Shown one piece after another: positions 49,873-58,337 of a stretch of 64,000 nt of DNA. The translations under genes were made by a program, and so were the position numbers. Position 1 is the stretch's first letter. Each line of letters opens with the position of its first letter. The stretch spans positions 71,100 through 135,099 of the forward strand of contig JBFWUK010000007.1 of the NCBI GenBank assembly GCA_050247355.1, read 5' to 3'. The notes under the pieces are model-generated. The model worked only from the letters and a program-made list of their open reading frames with translations. It made no database searches and was not told the DNA's origin. This stretch comes from Vicinamibacterales bacterium (GTDB lineage Bacteria > Acidobacteriota > Vicinamibacteria > Vicinamibacterales > UBA2999).

Positions 49873-52057
49873 CTATCGCATGGGCATGCGAAAGCGCACG
49901 GTGGTGCCTCGCCCTGGCACGGTCTCGATGGCCGCGCTGCCGCCGACCGCGGCCAGCCGGTCGCGCATGTTGGCCAGCCCGTGGCCGGCCGCCTGTTCCG
50001 GATCGAAGCCGCTGCCATCATCGGCAAAGGTCACCTCGAGGGCGCCGTCGCTCACGGTCAGGCCGATCTTGAGCGCGGACCCGCGGGCATGCTTCACGGC
50101 GTTGTTGACTGCCTCCTTGATGCCCAGGAACACGTGCCGCCGTGCTGTCGCCTCCAGCAGGTACGGCGCAATGGTGGCAGGTGCGTCGATGCGGCACCGG
50201 AGGCCGGCTGCGCGCGCGTGCCGCTCGGCGAAGCGGATCACATAGCTGACCAGCCCCTCCAGCGTGTCGTTGGTCGCGCTGACCGACCACACCAACTCGT
50301 CCATCGTCCGGGCCGTTTCGGCGGGCCGTGGTCGATAGCTCCGCGCGGGTCCCGGAGTCGGCGCTGCGATCGGCCAGCAGCGCCAGATACGTCAGCCGGG
50401 TGCCGATGTCGTCGTGCAGATCGCGCGCGATGCGCGAGCGTTCGCTGGCCAGTGCGTGCTCGCGTTCGAGCTCGGCCACCCTGGCGCGCGCGCCGCAGCG
50501 ACGCGCTGCGCACGACCACGCCAGTGACCACGAGCAGCAGCGTGAGGGCGGCCGCCTGCACCGTCCGCCGTTGCCACCACAACGGCGCCACCGTCAGCCG
50601 CAGGCGCGCCGGTGCGGGACTCCACAGGCCGTCGTTGTTGGCGGCCAGGACTTCGAGCGTGTACGCGTCCGGCGGCAGGTTGGTGTAGAAGACCGAGCGC
50701 CGGCCAATCGCCTCGTGCCAGTTGGCGTCGAAGCCGGCAAGCCGGTAGCGAAACCGCACCCGATCCGGCGCCAGCAGGCTGAAGGCCGTGTAGGCGATCT
50801 CCACGCCGCGGGTGCCCGCCGGTACCGGCACTTCGCCCGCGACGGGTTGTCTCACCTCGACCTCGTCGAGCGTGACGTGCTCGATGGCCACTGCCGGCGG
50901 GACCTGATTGAGCGGCAGCGTCGCCGGGTCGATCACGGCAATGCCATCGAGCGTGGAGAACCACAGCCGGCCCTGTCGATCGCGCAGGCCGGACGGGTCG
51001 AACCCGCCACCCGACCCTTCGAGTGACCACAGGCCGTCGGCCTTGCCGAGTACGATGGGATCGAGGGTCGAGGCCTCGCCGCGCGCGACGGCCTCCACGT
51101 TCTCCCGCAACAGTCGCGAGATGCCGCGCGAGCTGGCCACTCAGAGGTTGGCGTCGAGGTCCTCGATCATCAGCGCGATGACGGGATCGGGCAGTCCGTG
51201 CCGGACCCCGAAGTGTTCGTACCGGCCGGTGCGGCGGCGGAACAATCCCCGGTTGGCGGTGCCAATCCACAAGTCCCCGCGCGAGTCGATGTTCAGCGAA
51301 GACACGAGACTCGTCGGCAACCCCTCTTCCGGGCCGACATTGCGGAAGCGCCCCTCGTCGAGCAGAAACAGGCCGTTGGCATTGGAGCCTAGCCAGAGCC
51401 GCCCATTGGCGTCCTGCGCGAAGCTGACGACGCGTCCAGGCGGCAGGCCATGCGCGGGTCCGAACGTCTCGAGACGGCCGTCGCGCTGGCGATGGGTGTT
51501 GGCCGTGTCGGCGCCAATCCAGATGGCGCCGTCACGGTCCTCGAAGATCGCGGTCACGATCGACGAGCTGAGGCCCTCGCGCTCGCCGAAGTGCCGCAGC
51601 TGTCCGTCGCGCCAGGCATACAGCCCGGCCCGGTCGACGCCGAACCACAGCGTGCCGTCCGAAGCAGCCGGCACCGAGACGCCGCATTCAACGCGCGCGA
51701 TCTGCGGCAGGCGCGGTTGAAACCGTCCATCGGGTCCCAGCATCGAGAGCGGCGCACACCGGCCGCCGGCCCAAATCGTTCCCGCCGCGTCCTGGACGAT
51801 CGAGGTGATGACGCGCGACGACAGTCCGTGCTCCAGGCCGAGCATGGTCACCCGGGTCTTGCGCAGCCGGACCAGGCCCCCGCCGTCGGTGCCCAGCCAC
51901 AGGCTGCCACTTCGTCTTCGTGCATCCGAACCACGGGGGTTGGCGGCAGGCCGAACGCAGCACCGAACGTGGTGCGTGTTGCGCCGTCATAGCGCACCAC
52001 GCCGCCTCCGGTCGCGCGGTTCGCCCACACCGCTCCGTCTCGGGCGCGATAGAGCAC
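49873..52057 (-). pseudogene. NarX-type sensor kinase (Reg_prop repeats, Y_Y_Y, TM, HisKA_3, HATPase_c) disrupted by an in-frame stop and at least three frameshifts, and N-terminally truncated
   Basis: The domain pieces are spread over several ORFs and frames:
- 51848-52057 and 51141-51851: propeller repeats.
- 50238-51140: Y_Y_Y domain plus TM segment.
- 50018-50479: ERSRIARDLHDD H-box.
- 49873-50304: HATPase domain.
A TGA at 51141-51143 interrupts ...DLDANL*VASSRG... Confidence 0.7.
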
Positions 52058-52110
52058 GGATGGCGCTCCCGGTTCACAGCGGGCGCCTAGGCTTCGTACT
52101 GGCTAACACG

Positions 52111-52155
52111 CAATTTGAAAAGGACTGGCTTGGTGTCCTCTCTGTCCTCTGTGGC
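52111..52155. repeat. Intergenic repeat element, copy C (one arm only)
   Basis: CAATTTGAAAAGGACTGGCTTGGTGTCCTCTCTGTCCTCTGTGGC aligns with the copy A right half (CATTTTGAAGGACTGACTCTGAGTCCTTTGTTTCCTCTGTGGCC). It ends on the stop codon of the adjacent minus-strand gene. Confidence 0.65.
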
Positions 52156-52841
52156 TAATCTCCGTCACCTCGCCACAACCGCCTCACGTCGATCGCAAAC
52201 GACCATGCGAGCGTCGCGAGCGTAACGGCAGCGATGACCGAACTGGCGGGAGGTGGAACAGCGGGAGCAAGCGCCAGCGCGAGGCCGGCGAACTGCGCAA
52301 CCGCGACAGCCTTACCCCGAAACGTCGGTGACAACGGACCGGCGAGCCAGGGCATGACCCATCCAGCCGCGACGAACACATAGCGCATCAACCCGCAGGC
52401 CAGCACCCAGACGCCGGCCTTGTCGTGCCGCCACACGAACAGCGACAACACGAGAATCAGGAAAGCATCGACCTCGACGTCGAATCGCGCGCCGAACGCG
52501 CTGGCCAGGCCGGTCCGCCGCGCGAGCCAGCCGTCGAGACCGTCCAGTGCGGCAAGGACGACGGTGGCGGCCACCACTGCCCGTGCGTTGGCCGCGGCCG
52601 GTGGCTCCGCGAGCAGTGCGGCCACCAGCGCCAGCAGTGCGGCGCGGACCATCGTGACGTGGTTGGCCGCTCCGAACTGCGCGAAGGGGTGATGCGAACG
52701 GGCGGTGGACGCGACGATTGCCATCATCGTGGCGAAGATAGCCGTCGCCGCCCAAGGGTATCCGGAGGACGCCTGCAGGGACGGCCCGATCGCCAGTGCC
52801 ATACCCGCCACGCCGGCGATACCCAGACCGCCTGCGACCAA
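52155..52841 (-). CDS. CDP-alcohol phosphatidyltransferase family protein
   Basis: LDGLDGWLARRTGLASAFGARFDVEVD matches DG-x2-AR-x8-G-x3-D-x3-D. It has 5-6 TM segments. The start is uncertain (TTG 52841, GTG 52811 or ATG 52802). The upstream part of the 318-aa ORF is not credible. Confidence 0.8.
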   Translation of the reverse strand: MVAGGLGIAGVAGMALAIGPSLQASSGYPWAATAIFATMMAIVASTARSHHPFAQFGAANHVTMVRAALLALVAALLAEPPAAANARAVVAATVVLAALDGLDGWLARRTGLASAFGARFDVEVDAFLILVLSLFVWRHDKAGVWVLACGLMRYVFVAAGWVMPWLAGPLSPTFRGKAVAVAQFAGLALALAPAVPPPASSVIAAVTLATLAWSFAIDVRRLWRGDGD

Positions 52842-52929
52842 GACCTGCGCGCGAATAGGCAAGGGCGCATTGTAACTGGGACAGAATAGAGACCCGGGTC
52901 GGGAGTCGGGAGTCGGACCGCAGAGAGCA

Positions 52930-53952
52930 ATGAACAGAGAAGCTAGCGCGTTTTGGGTGGCTGAGCCCGGACGCGGCGAGATCAGGAACGAAGAGCTGCG
53001 TGCCCCGGCGGGCGACGAAGTGGTGGTGCGCGCCTTGTACAGCGGCATCAGCCGCGGCACCGAAGCTCTGGTCTTCGCCGGCCGCGTCCCGCAAAGCGAG
53101 TGGGCGCGCATGCGCGCACCGTTCCAGGAGGGCGAGTTTCCTGCCCCGGTGAAGTATGGCTACTCGCTGGCAGGTGTCGTCGAGCACGGCGCCGACGAAC
53201 TGCTGGGCCGTCACGTCTTCGTCTTGCATCCTCACCAGACCCGGTTCGTGGTGCCGGCGGCCGCCGTGACCGTGCTGCCCGACGGAGTTCTACCCGAACG
53301 GGCCGTGCTGGCCGCGAACCTCGAGACCGCGCTCAACGGCATCTGGGACGCCCGGCCGCACGTCGGCGATCGCATCGCCGTGATCGGCGGCGGCACGGTT
53401 GGCATGCTAACGGCGTGGCTGGCCAGCCGGCTCCCAGAGTGTGTCGTCGTACTGGTCGACACCAACCCGCAACGCGAGATCGTGGCGCGCGCGTTGGGCG
53501 TGCCGTTTACCACTCCGGAGCACGCCGCCGGCGAGGCGGACGTCGTGATTCACGCCAGCGGTTCGCCATCAGGGCTCGAACTGGCCCTCAGCCTGGCGGC
53601 GCTCGAAGCCACGATTGTCGAAATGAGCTGGTTCGGCGATCAAGTCGTGCCCCTGCCGCTGGGCGGCGCGTTTCACTCGAAACGGCTGACCCTCGCCTCG
53701 TCGCAGGTCGGCCGTATTGCCCCGGCCCAGCGGGCGAGGTGGGATTATCGCCGGCGCATGCAGTTGGCGCTGGCCATGCTTCGCGATCCGGCGCTGGATG
53801 CCGTGATCACCGGCGAGAGTCCGTTCGACACGCTGCCCGAGGTGATGGCCGGCCTCGCGAACGCGGCGGGCGACGTGCTGTGCCATCGCATTCGCTACTC
53901 CCACCCCACCGCGCAGAGTCCGCGCGGCGGGGACCCCGGGGGGCTTGGCTAA
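52930..53952 (+). CDS. Medium-chain (zinc-type) dehydrogenase/reductase family protein, BchC-like
   Basis: 340 aa. YSGISRGTE...[12 protein letters not shown] in the GroES-like domain and a Rossmann GGGTVGML motif. Confidence 0.8.
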   Translation: MNREASAFWVAEPGRGEIRNEELRAPAGDEVVVRALYSGISRGTEALVFAGRVPQSEWARMRAPFQEGEFPAPVKYGYSLAGVVEHGADELLGRHVFVLHPHQTRFVVPAAAVTVLPDGVLPERAVLAANLETALNGIWDARPHVGDRIAVIGGGTVGMLTAWLASRLPECVVVLVDTNPQREIVARALGVPFTTPEHAAGEADVVIHASGSPSGLELALSLAALEATIVEMSWFGDQVVPLPLGGAFHSKRLTLASSQVGRIAPAQRARWDYRRRMQLALAMLRDPALDAVITGESPFDTLPEVMAGLANAAGDVLCHRIRYSHPTAQSPRGGDPGGLG

Positions 53953-54038
53953 ACAACACTGTGACTGGCGAGGCCGAGCCACCTCTCGCCGGCCCAAGGC
54001 GAGCGCTAGTCATTCGCAACGATAGAAGGAGAACTTCG

Positions 54039-54449
54039 ATGTACTACGTGACGGTGCGCGACCACATCATGATCGCGCACAGCTTCAAGGGCGATGTGTT
54101 CGGTCCTGCCCAGCGCCTGCACGGCGCTACCTACGTGGTGGACGCCGAGTTTCGCCGCCCCGACCTCGACGCCGACGGCATTGTCGTGGACATCGGCCGC
54201 GCCGGCGACGCGCTGAAGAAGGTGCTGGCCGATTTGAATTTCCGTAATCTGGATGAGGTGCCGGAGTTCAAGGGCCGGAACACCACGACCGAGTTCATCG
54301 CCCGTGTCGTGTTCGACCGATTGGTGGCCGCGATCCAGCGAGGCGACCTGGGACCCGGTGCCGCTGCCGTGGAGAGCATGCGCATCACCCTGCAGGAATC
54401 ACACGTCGCGTCGGCCGCCTACGAAGGCCGCGTCGGCGGCCAGGCCTGA
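54039..54449 (+). CDS. 6-pyruvoyl-tetrahydropterin synthase / QueD-fold protein with a degenerate active site
   Basis: 136 aa with an AAGGAG Shine-Dalgarno. IMIAHSF and RLHGATYVV align with my recollection of E. coli QueD (FEAAHRL and CGRLHGHSF). On that alignment the catalytic Cys and the third His are both Ala here. Confidence 0.7.
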   Translation: MYYVTVRDHIMIAHSFKGDVFGPAQRLHGATYVVDAEFRRPDLDADGIVVDIGRAGDALKKVLADLNFRNLDEVPEFKGRNTTTEFIARVVFDRLVAAIQRGDLGPGAAAVESMRITLQESHVASAAYEGRVGGQA

Positions 54450-54451
54450 CC

Positions 54452-55507
54452 ATGCCGTCGGCGGCGTTCGTGGTGCCTGGTCCGATCGACACCAGGACGG
54501 GCGGTTCGATCTACGACCGCCGCATGGCCGAGGGCCTGGCTCGCCTCGGCTGGCACATCACCGTCGTCGAACTCGAAGGCGCGTTTCCGCAGCCGGCCGT
54601 CGCCGATGTCGAACGAGCCGCTGCGGCGCTTGCCTCGATCGCGGCCGGGACGCTGGTGGTCGTCGATGGCCTCGCGCTCAGTGCAATGCCCGAGGTGATC
54701 GAACACGAGGCCGCGCGGCTGCGCGTTGTCGCGCTCGTTCATCTGCCGCTGGCCGCTGATGTCGGATTCGACGCCGGCACGCGCGCGAAGCTGGCGAAGG
54801 GCGAGGAGCGGGCTCTTGCTGCTTCCGCGCTCATCGTGGTCACCGGTTCGACGACAATTGGTTTGCTGGAGCAGTACGCGCTGGAAAAGGGACGGATGGT
54901 CGTGGTCGAACCCGGGACCGACCCGGCACCGCTGGCGGGCGGTTCCAGAGGCCCGGGTGTGCATCTGCTCTGCGTCGCGACCGTGAACGCCGGGAAGGGT
55001 CACGACGTGCTGTTCTCGGCGGTGGCCGCGGTGCCGAATCGGGACTGGCGCCTGACCTGCGCCGGCAGCCTCACGCGCGATACCGCAGCCGCCGACCGTA
55101 TTCGCCTCATGGCGGAACAACTGGGAATCAACGACCGCCTGACGCTCGCCGGCGAACAGGATAGCGCGGCCCTTGCCGGCTGCTACGCCGCCGCCGACGT
55201 GTTCGTGCTGGCCACCCGGCGCGAGACCTACGGCATGGCAGTGGCCGAGGCGCTGGCCCACGGGCTGCCGGTCGTCAGCACTACGACCGGCGCGATTCCC
55301 GATCTCGTCGGCAACGACGCTGGCATCCTGGTGCCGCCCGGAGACGCCGCGGCGCTGACCCGGGCGCTGTCACGAGTCATCGGTGATGCCGGCCATCGCG
55401 CTGGCTTGGCGGCCGGCGCCCGGCAGGTTCGCAATCGACTGCCAACCTGGGAACATGCCGCCGCGCGAATGAACGCCGCGCTCCAGAGCCTTGATGCCCA
55501 TGACTGA
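54452..55507 (+). CDS. GT-B fold glycosyltransferase (GT4-like)
   Basis: 351 aa with GGSIYDR near the N-terminus. The C-terminal RRETYGMAVAEALAHGLPVVST is an E-x7-E type motif region. The start is 2 nt after the upstream stop. Confidence 0.85.
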   Translation: MPSAAFVVPGPIDTRTGGSIYDRRMAEGLARLGWHITVVELEGAFPQPAVADVERAAAALASIAAGTLVVVDGLALSAMPEVIEHEAARLRVVALVHLPLAADVGFDAGTRAKLAKGEERALAASALIVVTGSTTIGLLEQYALEKGRMVVVEPGTDPAPLAGGSRGPGVHLLCVATVNAGKGHDVLFSAVAAVPNRDWRLTCAGSLTRDTAAADRIRLMAEQLGINDRLTLAGEQDSAALAGCYAAADVFVLATRRETYGMAVAEALAHGLPVVSTTTGAIPDLVGNDAGILVPPGDAAALTRALSRVIGDAGHRAGLAAGARQVRNRLPTWEHAAARMNAALQSLDAHD

Positions 55508-56366
55508 TTCACTTGCTGAGTGGCTTCGATTACGCGAGGCTGACGATTGGGAGGCGCGATCGCCGCGGCTGGTGCAGCAGGTGGTTGACGCGATCGGCCA
55601 GGTTGACACCTTGCACGTGCTGGACCTCGCCACCGGAACCGGCTCTAACGTTCGTTATCTTGCTGAACGCCTGCCGGGCCGCCAGCGATGGCTGGTGGCC
55701 GATCGCAGCCCTGACCTGTTGGCGCTGGTCACCGATCGCACCGCATCGTGGGCTGCGGCGCGCGGTTACCAATGCGAGGTTCGCGCGACCGGACTTCGCG
55801 TGCGCCACGACTCCCTGGATTGCGAGCTTGAGACGTTGCAACGGGATCTGCGGGTCCTCGACGCCGGGCTGTTCGCGGCGAGGCACCTCGTGACCGCCTC
55901 GGCGTTGCTGGACCTCGTGTCCGAATCGTGGCTGCGGTCGCTGGCCGCGCACTGTCGTGACGCCGGCGCCGCCGCGCTGTTTGCCCTCACCTACAACGGC
56001 GAGTCGTCCTGCTCGCCGGTCGAGCCCGAAGACGAACTGGTTCGCGAGTTGCTGAATCGGCATCAGCACACGGACAAGGGGCTGGGCGGCGTGGCCGCCG
56101 GACCGGATGCCGTGGCGTGCGCCGAACGCAGTTTCATCGAGGTGGGTTACGCGGTGCGAGTCGAGCCGACCGACTGGAACCTCGGCGCAGCCCAGGCCGA
56201 TATGCAGCGTTACCTGGTCGGCGACTGGGCACGCGCCGCCGCTGAACTGTCACCAGACCCACGCATCTCAAGCTGGCGCGATCGCCGGCTGGCCCACATC
56301 GACGCCGGGCGTTCCCGCATCGTCGTTCGCCATCACGACCTGGCCGCATGGCCCGTCAAGTCATGA
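55500..56366 (+). CDS. Class I SAM-dependent methyltransferase
   Basis: VLDLATGTGSNVRYLA (motif I). ATG 55500 overlaps the glycosyltransferase stop (ATGACTGA). In-frame alternatives lie at 55491 and 55494. Confidence 0.75.
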   Translation: MTDSLAEWLRLREADDWEARSPRLVQQVVDAIGQVDTLHVLDLATGTGSNVRYLAERLPGRQRWLVADRSPDLLALVTDRTASWAAARGYQCEVRATGLRVRHDSLDCELETLQRDLRVLDAGLFAARHLVTASALLDLVSESWLRSLAAHCRDAGAAALFALTYNGESSCSPVEPEDELVRELLNRHQHTDKGLGGVAAGPDAVACAERSFIEVGYAVRVEPTDWNLGAAQADMQRYLVGDWARAAAELSPDPRISSWRDRRLAHIDAGRSRIVVRHHDLAAWPVKS

Positions 56367-57235
56367 GCGAACGGCCGTCACCGCGCTTCGAGCCGGGCCA
56401 GGTGCGCGACTACTACGACCGCCACACGGCTGCCTTCGTTACGCACGGGCACGGTGCGGACGCCGGCGCGATCCATCGCGCGGTCTGGGGGCCGGGTGTG
56501 GGCGATCGCGCCCGGGCCATTCACTACGTCGATGAGCGAATCGCGGACGTCATTCGCGGCCTGGCTGAAGCGGACGGGCGTCCGCTTCACGTCGTGGATC
56601 TCGGCTGCGGGGTGGCAGGAAGCGGTTGCTACCTGGCGGCGCGCCTGCCGGTGCGTGTCACCGGGATCACGATTAGCCCCGTGCAAGCGCGGCTCGCACA
56701 GCTCCGCATTCGCGAGGCCGGTCTGACAGATCGCGTGGTCTGCATCGAAGGCGACTACAACGCATTGCCGGAGGCGGTCGGCGTGGCGGACGTCGCCTAC
56801 GCGATCGAGTCGTTTGTCCACGGGCCCACGCCCGACCGATTCTTCGCGCAGTGCCGGCGGTTGTTGAGACCTGGCGGTGTGCTGGTGATCTGCGACGACT
56901 TCCGCCGTCCCACCGCGGATCCTAGAGCCGCGGCCGCGATCGAGCGCTTCTGCCGCGGCTGGCACGTCAACGCGCTCTTGGATCAAGACGCCCTGGCGGC
57001 CCTGGCACGAGCCCACGGCTTCGACCACGACTCCGTCGTGGACCTGTCGCCCTACCTGGAACTGCGCCGCGTTCGCGATCGAGCGCTGAATGCGCTGCTG
57101 CCGCTGCTCAGGCTGCTGCCGGTCAACGCCAACCGGTTCGACTACATCGATGGTGGCGGCGCGCTGCAGGAATGCCTCGCGCAGGGATGGATCACGTACG
57201 AGTTGGTGACGTTCCGCGCAGCCAGGCAACCCTGA
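56363..57235 (+). CDS. Class I SAM-dependent methyltransferase (CFA-synthase / sterol-MT-like)
   Basis: VVDLGCGVAGSGCYLA (motif I) and LRPGGVLVICDDF (post-II). ATG 56363 overlaps the upstream stop (ATGA); ATG 56348 is an alternative. Confidence 0.8.
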   Translation: MSERPSPRFEPGQVRDYYDRHTAAFVTHGHGADAGAIHRAVWGPGVGDRARAIHYVDERIADVIRGLAEADGRPLHVVDLGCGVAGSGCYLAARLPVRVTGITISPVQARLAQLRIREAGLTDRVVCIEGDYNALPEAVGVADVAYAIESFVHGPTPDRFFAQCRRLLRPGGVLVICDDFRRPTADPRAAAAIERFCRGWHVNALLDQDALAALARAHGFDHDSVVDLSPYLELRRVRDRALNALLPLLRLLPVNANRFDYIDGGGALQECLAQGWITYELVTFRAARQP

Positions 57236-57243
57236 AGGGTTGC

Positions 57244-58209
57244 CTAGATCACTCGTGTGACGACCGGAGCACTGTCGGTCGCGCAATCGGTGTTGGCCTG
57301 CGAATCCAGCTCGCAATCGAACAGCACGTCGCCGCCCATTCGGAACACCCGGTAGCCGGGGCGCAGGCAGTCGCGTAACCGGGCCTGCGGCGCCAGGCGG
57401 ATGGCCGGGCGGCCGTTGCCAATCAAAACCGGCGCAATGGCCAGCTGCAGGCGGTCCAGCAGGTTGGCGGCAAGGAACGCCGAGACCGTGACACCGCCGC
57501 CTTCGACGAACACCCGCGCGCAGCCGCGCGCGCGCAGCAGTTCTGCCACTTCGGCCACGCCGGCGGGCCCCTCGGCCACTCCGACGACCGCCGCGCCGCC
57601 AATCTGGTCTTCGCCTGGTTCCAGCCGCGAACGTTCGCAGATGTACAGCGTTGCCGCCGCCCTGTCGGTGAACAGTTTGAAGGTGGGCGCCAGCCGGCGT
57701 CCTGGATCGAAGATCACGCGCAGCGGGTGCGGTCCGGTCACGTGGCGGGTCGTCAGCTGCGGATCGTCGGCCGCCACCGTACCGGCGCCGACCACGACGG
57801 CGTCGCACAGCGCGCGCATGCGATGCAAGTGGACGATGTTGCCCTCGCCGGTCACGAACTGCGAATCGCCGGTATGGGTCGCGATGAAACCGTCGAGACT
57901 CTGGCCCAGGTGTCCGATGGTGATTGGCCGCGAGGCCGTGGCGCCGCAAATGGGCAGGTAGAGATCGATCAGGTCCGCTAACGGACTGTCGGCCGGCAGG
58001 CGCGAGTGCCAGCCGGAGCCCGGCCGCCACTCCAGCACGGTATCGGCGGCTTCACCAGCGACCGGTTGCAGTGTTGAGCCAACGAGCGCGAACGACCCCG
58101 CCCGCCCGTCGTGCTCCAGGCCGCCAGCCATGGCGTTGGCTGCGAGCAGCAGGGGCCAGGCGGCGTCGGCGGCTAACGCCGCTGGCGAAGAAATGCTGTC
58201 TGGCGACAC
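57244..58209 (-). CDS. RibD C-terminal-domain (pyrimidine/pterin reductase, DHFR-like fold) protein with a 90-aa N-terminal extension
   Basis: HLGQSLDGFIATHTGDSQFVTG...LHRMRALCDAVVVGAGTVAADDPQLT...VFVEGGG is the RibD_C/DHFR-like pattern. GTG start. It is convergent with the methyltransferase operon across an 8-nt gap. Confidence 0.8.
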   Translation of the reverse strand: MSPDSISSPAALAADAAWPLLLAANAMAGGLEHDGRAGSFALVGSTLQPVAGEAADTVLEWRPGSGWHSRLPADSPLADLIDLYLPICGATASRPITIGHLGQSLDGFIATHTGDSQFVTGEGNIVHLHRMRALCDAVVVGAGTVAADDPQLTTRHVTGPHPLRVIFDPGRRLAPTFKLFTDRAAATLYICERSRLEPGEDQIGGAAVVGVAEGPAGVAEVAELLRARGCARVFVEGGGVTVSAFLAANLLDRLQLAIAPVLIGNGRPAIRLAPQARLRDCLRPGYRVFRMGGDVLFDCELDSQANTDCATDSAPVVTRVI

Positions 58210-58238
58210 CTCCCATCACTATGCCATACTCATCGAGT

Positions 58239-58271
58239 CTCTTTAACGCGGGTCCGCGAGCCCGAGAAGAG
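58239..58271 (+). promoter_or_regulatory. Second PyrR-binding-type RNA hairpin, sequestering the Shine-Dalgarno of the pyrC leader ORF
   Basis: CUCUUUAA-[CGGGU-CCGCGA-GCCCG]-AGAAGAG. It has the same lower stem and the same CNGNGA hexaloop as the 39099 copy. The upper stem differs by compensatory changes. The Shine-Dalgarno GAGG lies 5 nt before ATG 58278. Confidence 0.6.
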
Positions 58272-58277
58272 GTGTCC

Positions 58278-58337
58278 ATGACCACTTTCCTGCCACCCGG
58301 GCGGCGTACGCCGCACTTGCTCCCGACACACTTATGA
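58278..58337 (+). CDS. 19-codon leader ORF (MTTFLPPGRRTPHLLPTHL) translationally coupled to pyrC
   Basis: It is the only ORF with a Shine-Dalgarno in this leader. Its stop overlaps the pyrC start (ATGA), and pyrC itself has no recognisable Shine-Dalgarno. Confidence 0.45.
   Translation: MTTFLPPGRRTPHLLPTHL

Noticed and set aside
49116-52057. The frameshifts in the two-component genes as programmed recoding or general sequencing error.
   Set aside because: Roughly six independent disruptions, including an in-frame stop, cluster in two adjacent genes, which is not a recoding pattern. The rest of the window shows no broken frames, so a global error rate is unlikely. Local assembly error cannot be excluded without reads.
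53100-54038. The long ORF 53100-54449 as a single 449-aa protein.
   Set aside because: Its first 310 codons overlap the MDR dehydrogenase gene out of frame and are Arg-rich. Only the last 136 codons show the PTPS fold signature, and that part begins at an ATG with an AAGGAG Shine-Dalgarno.
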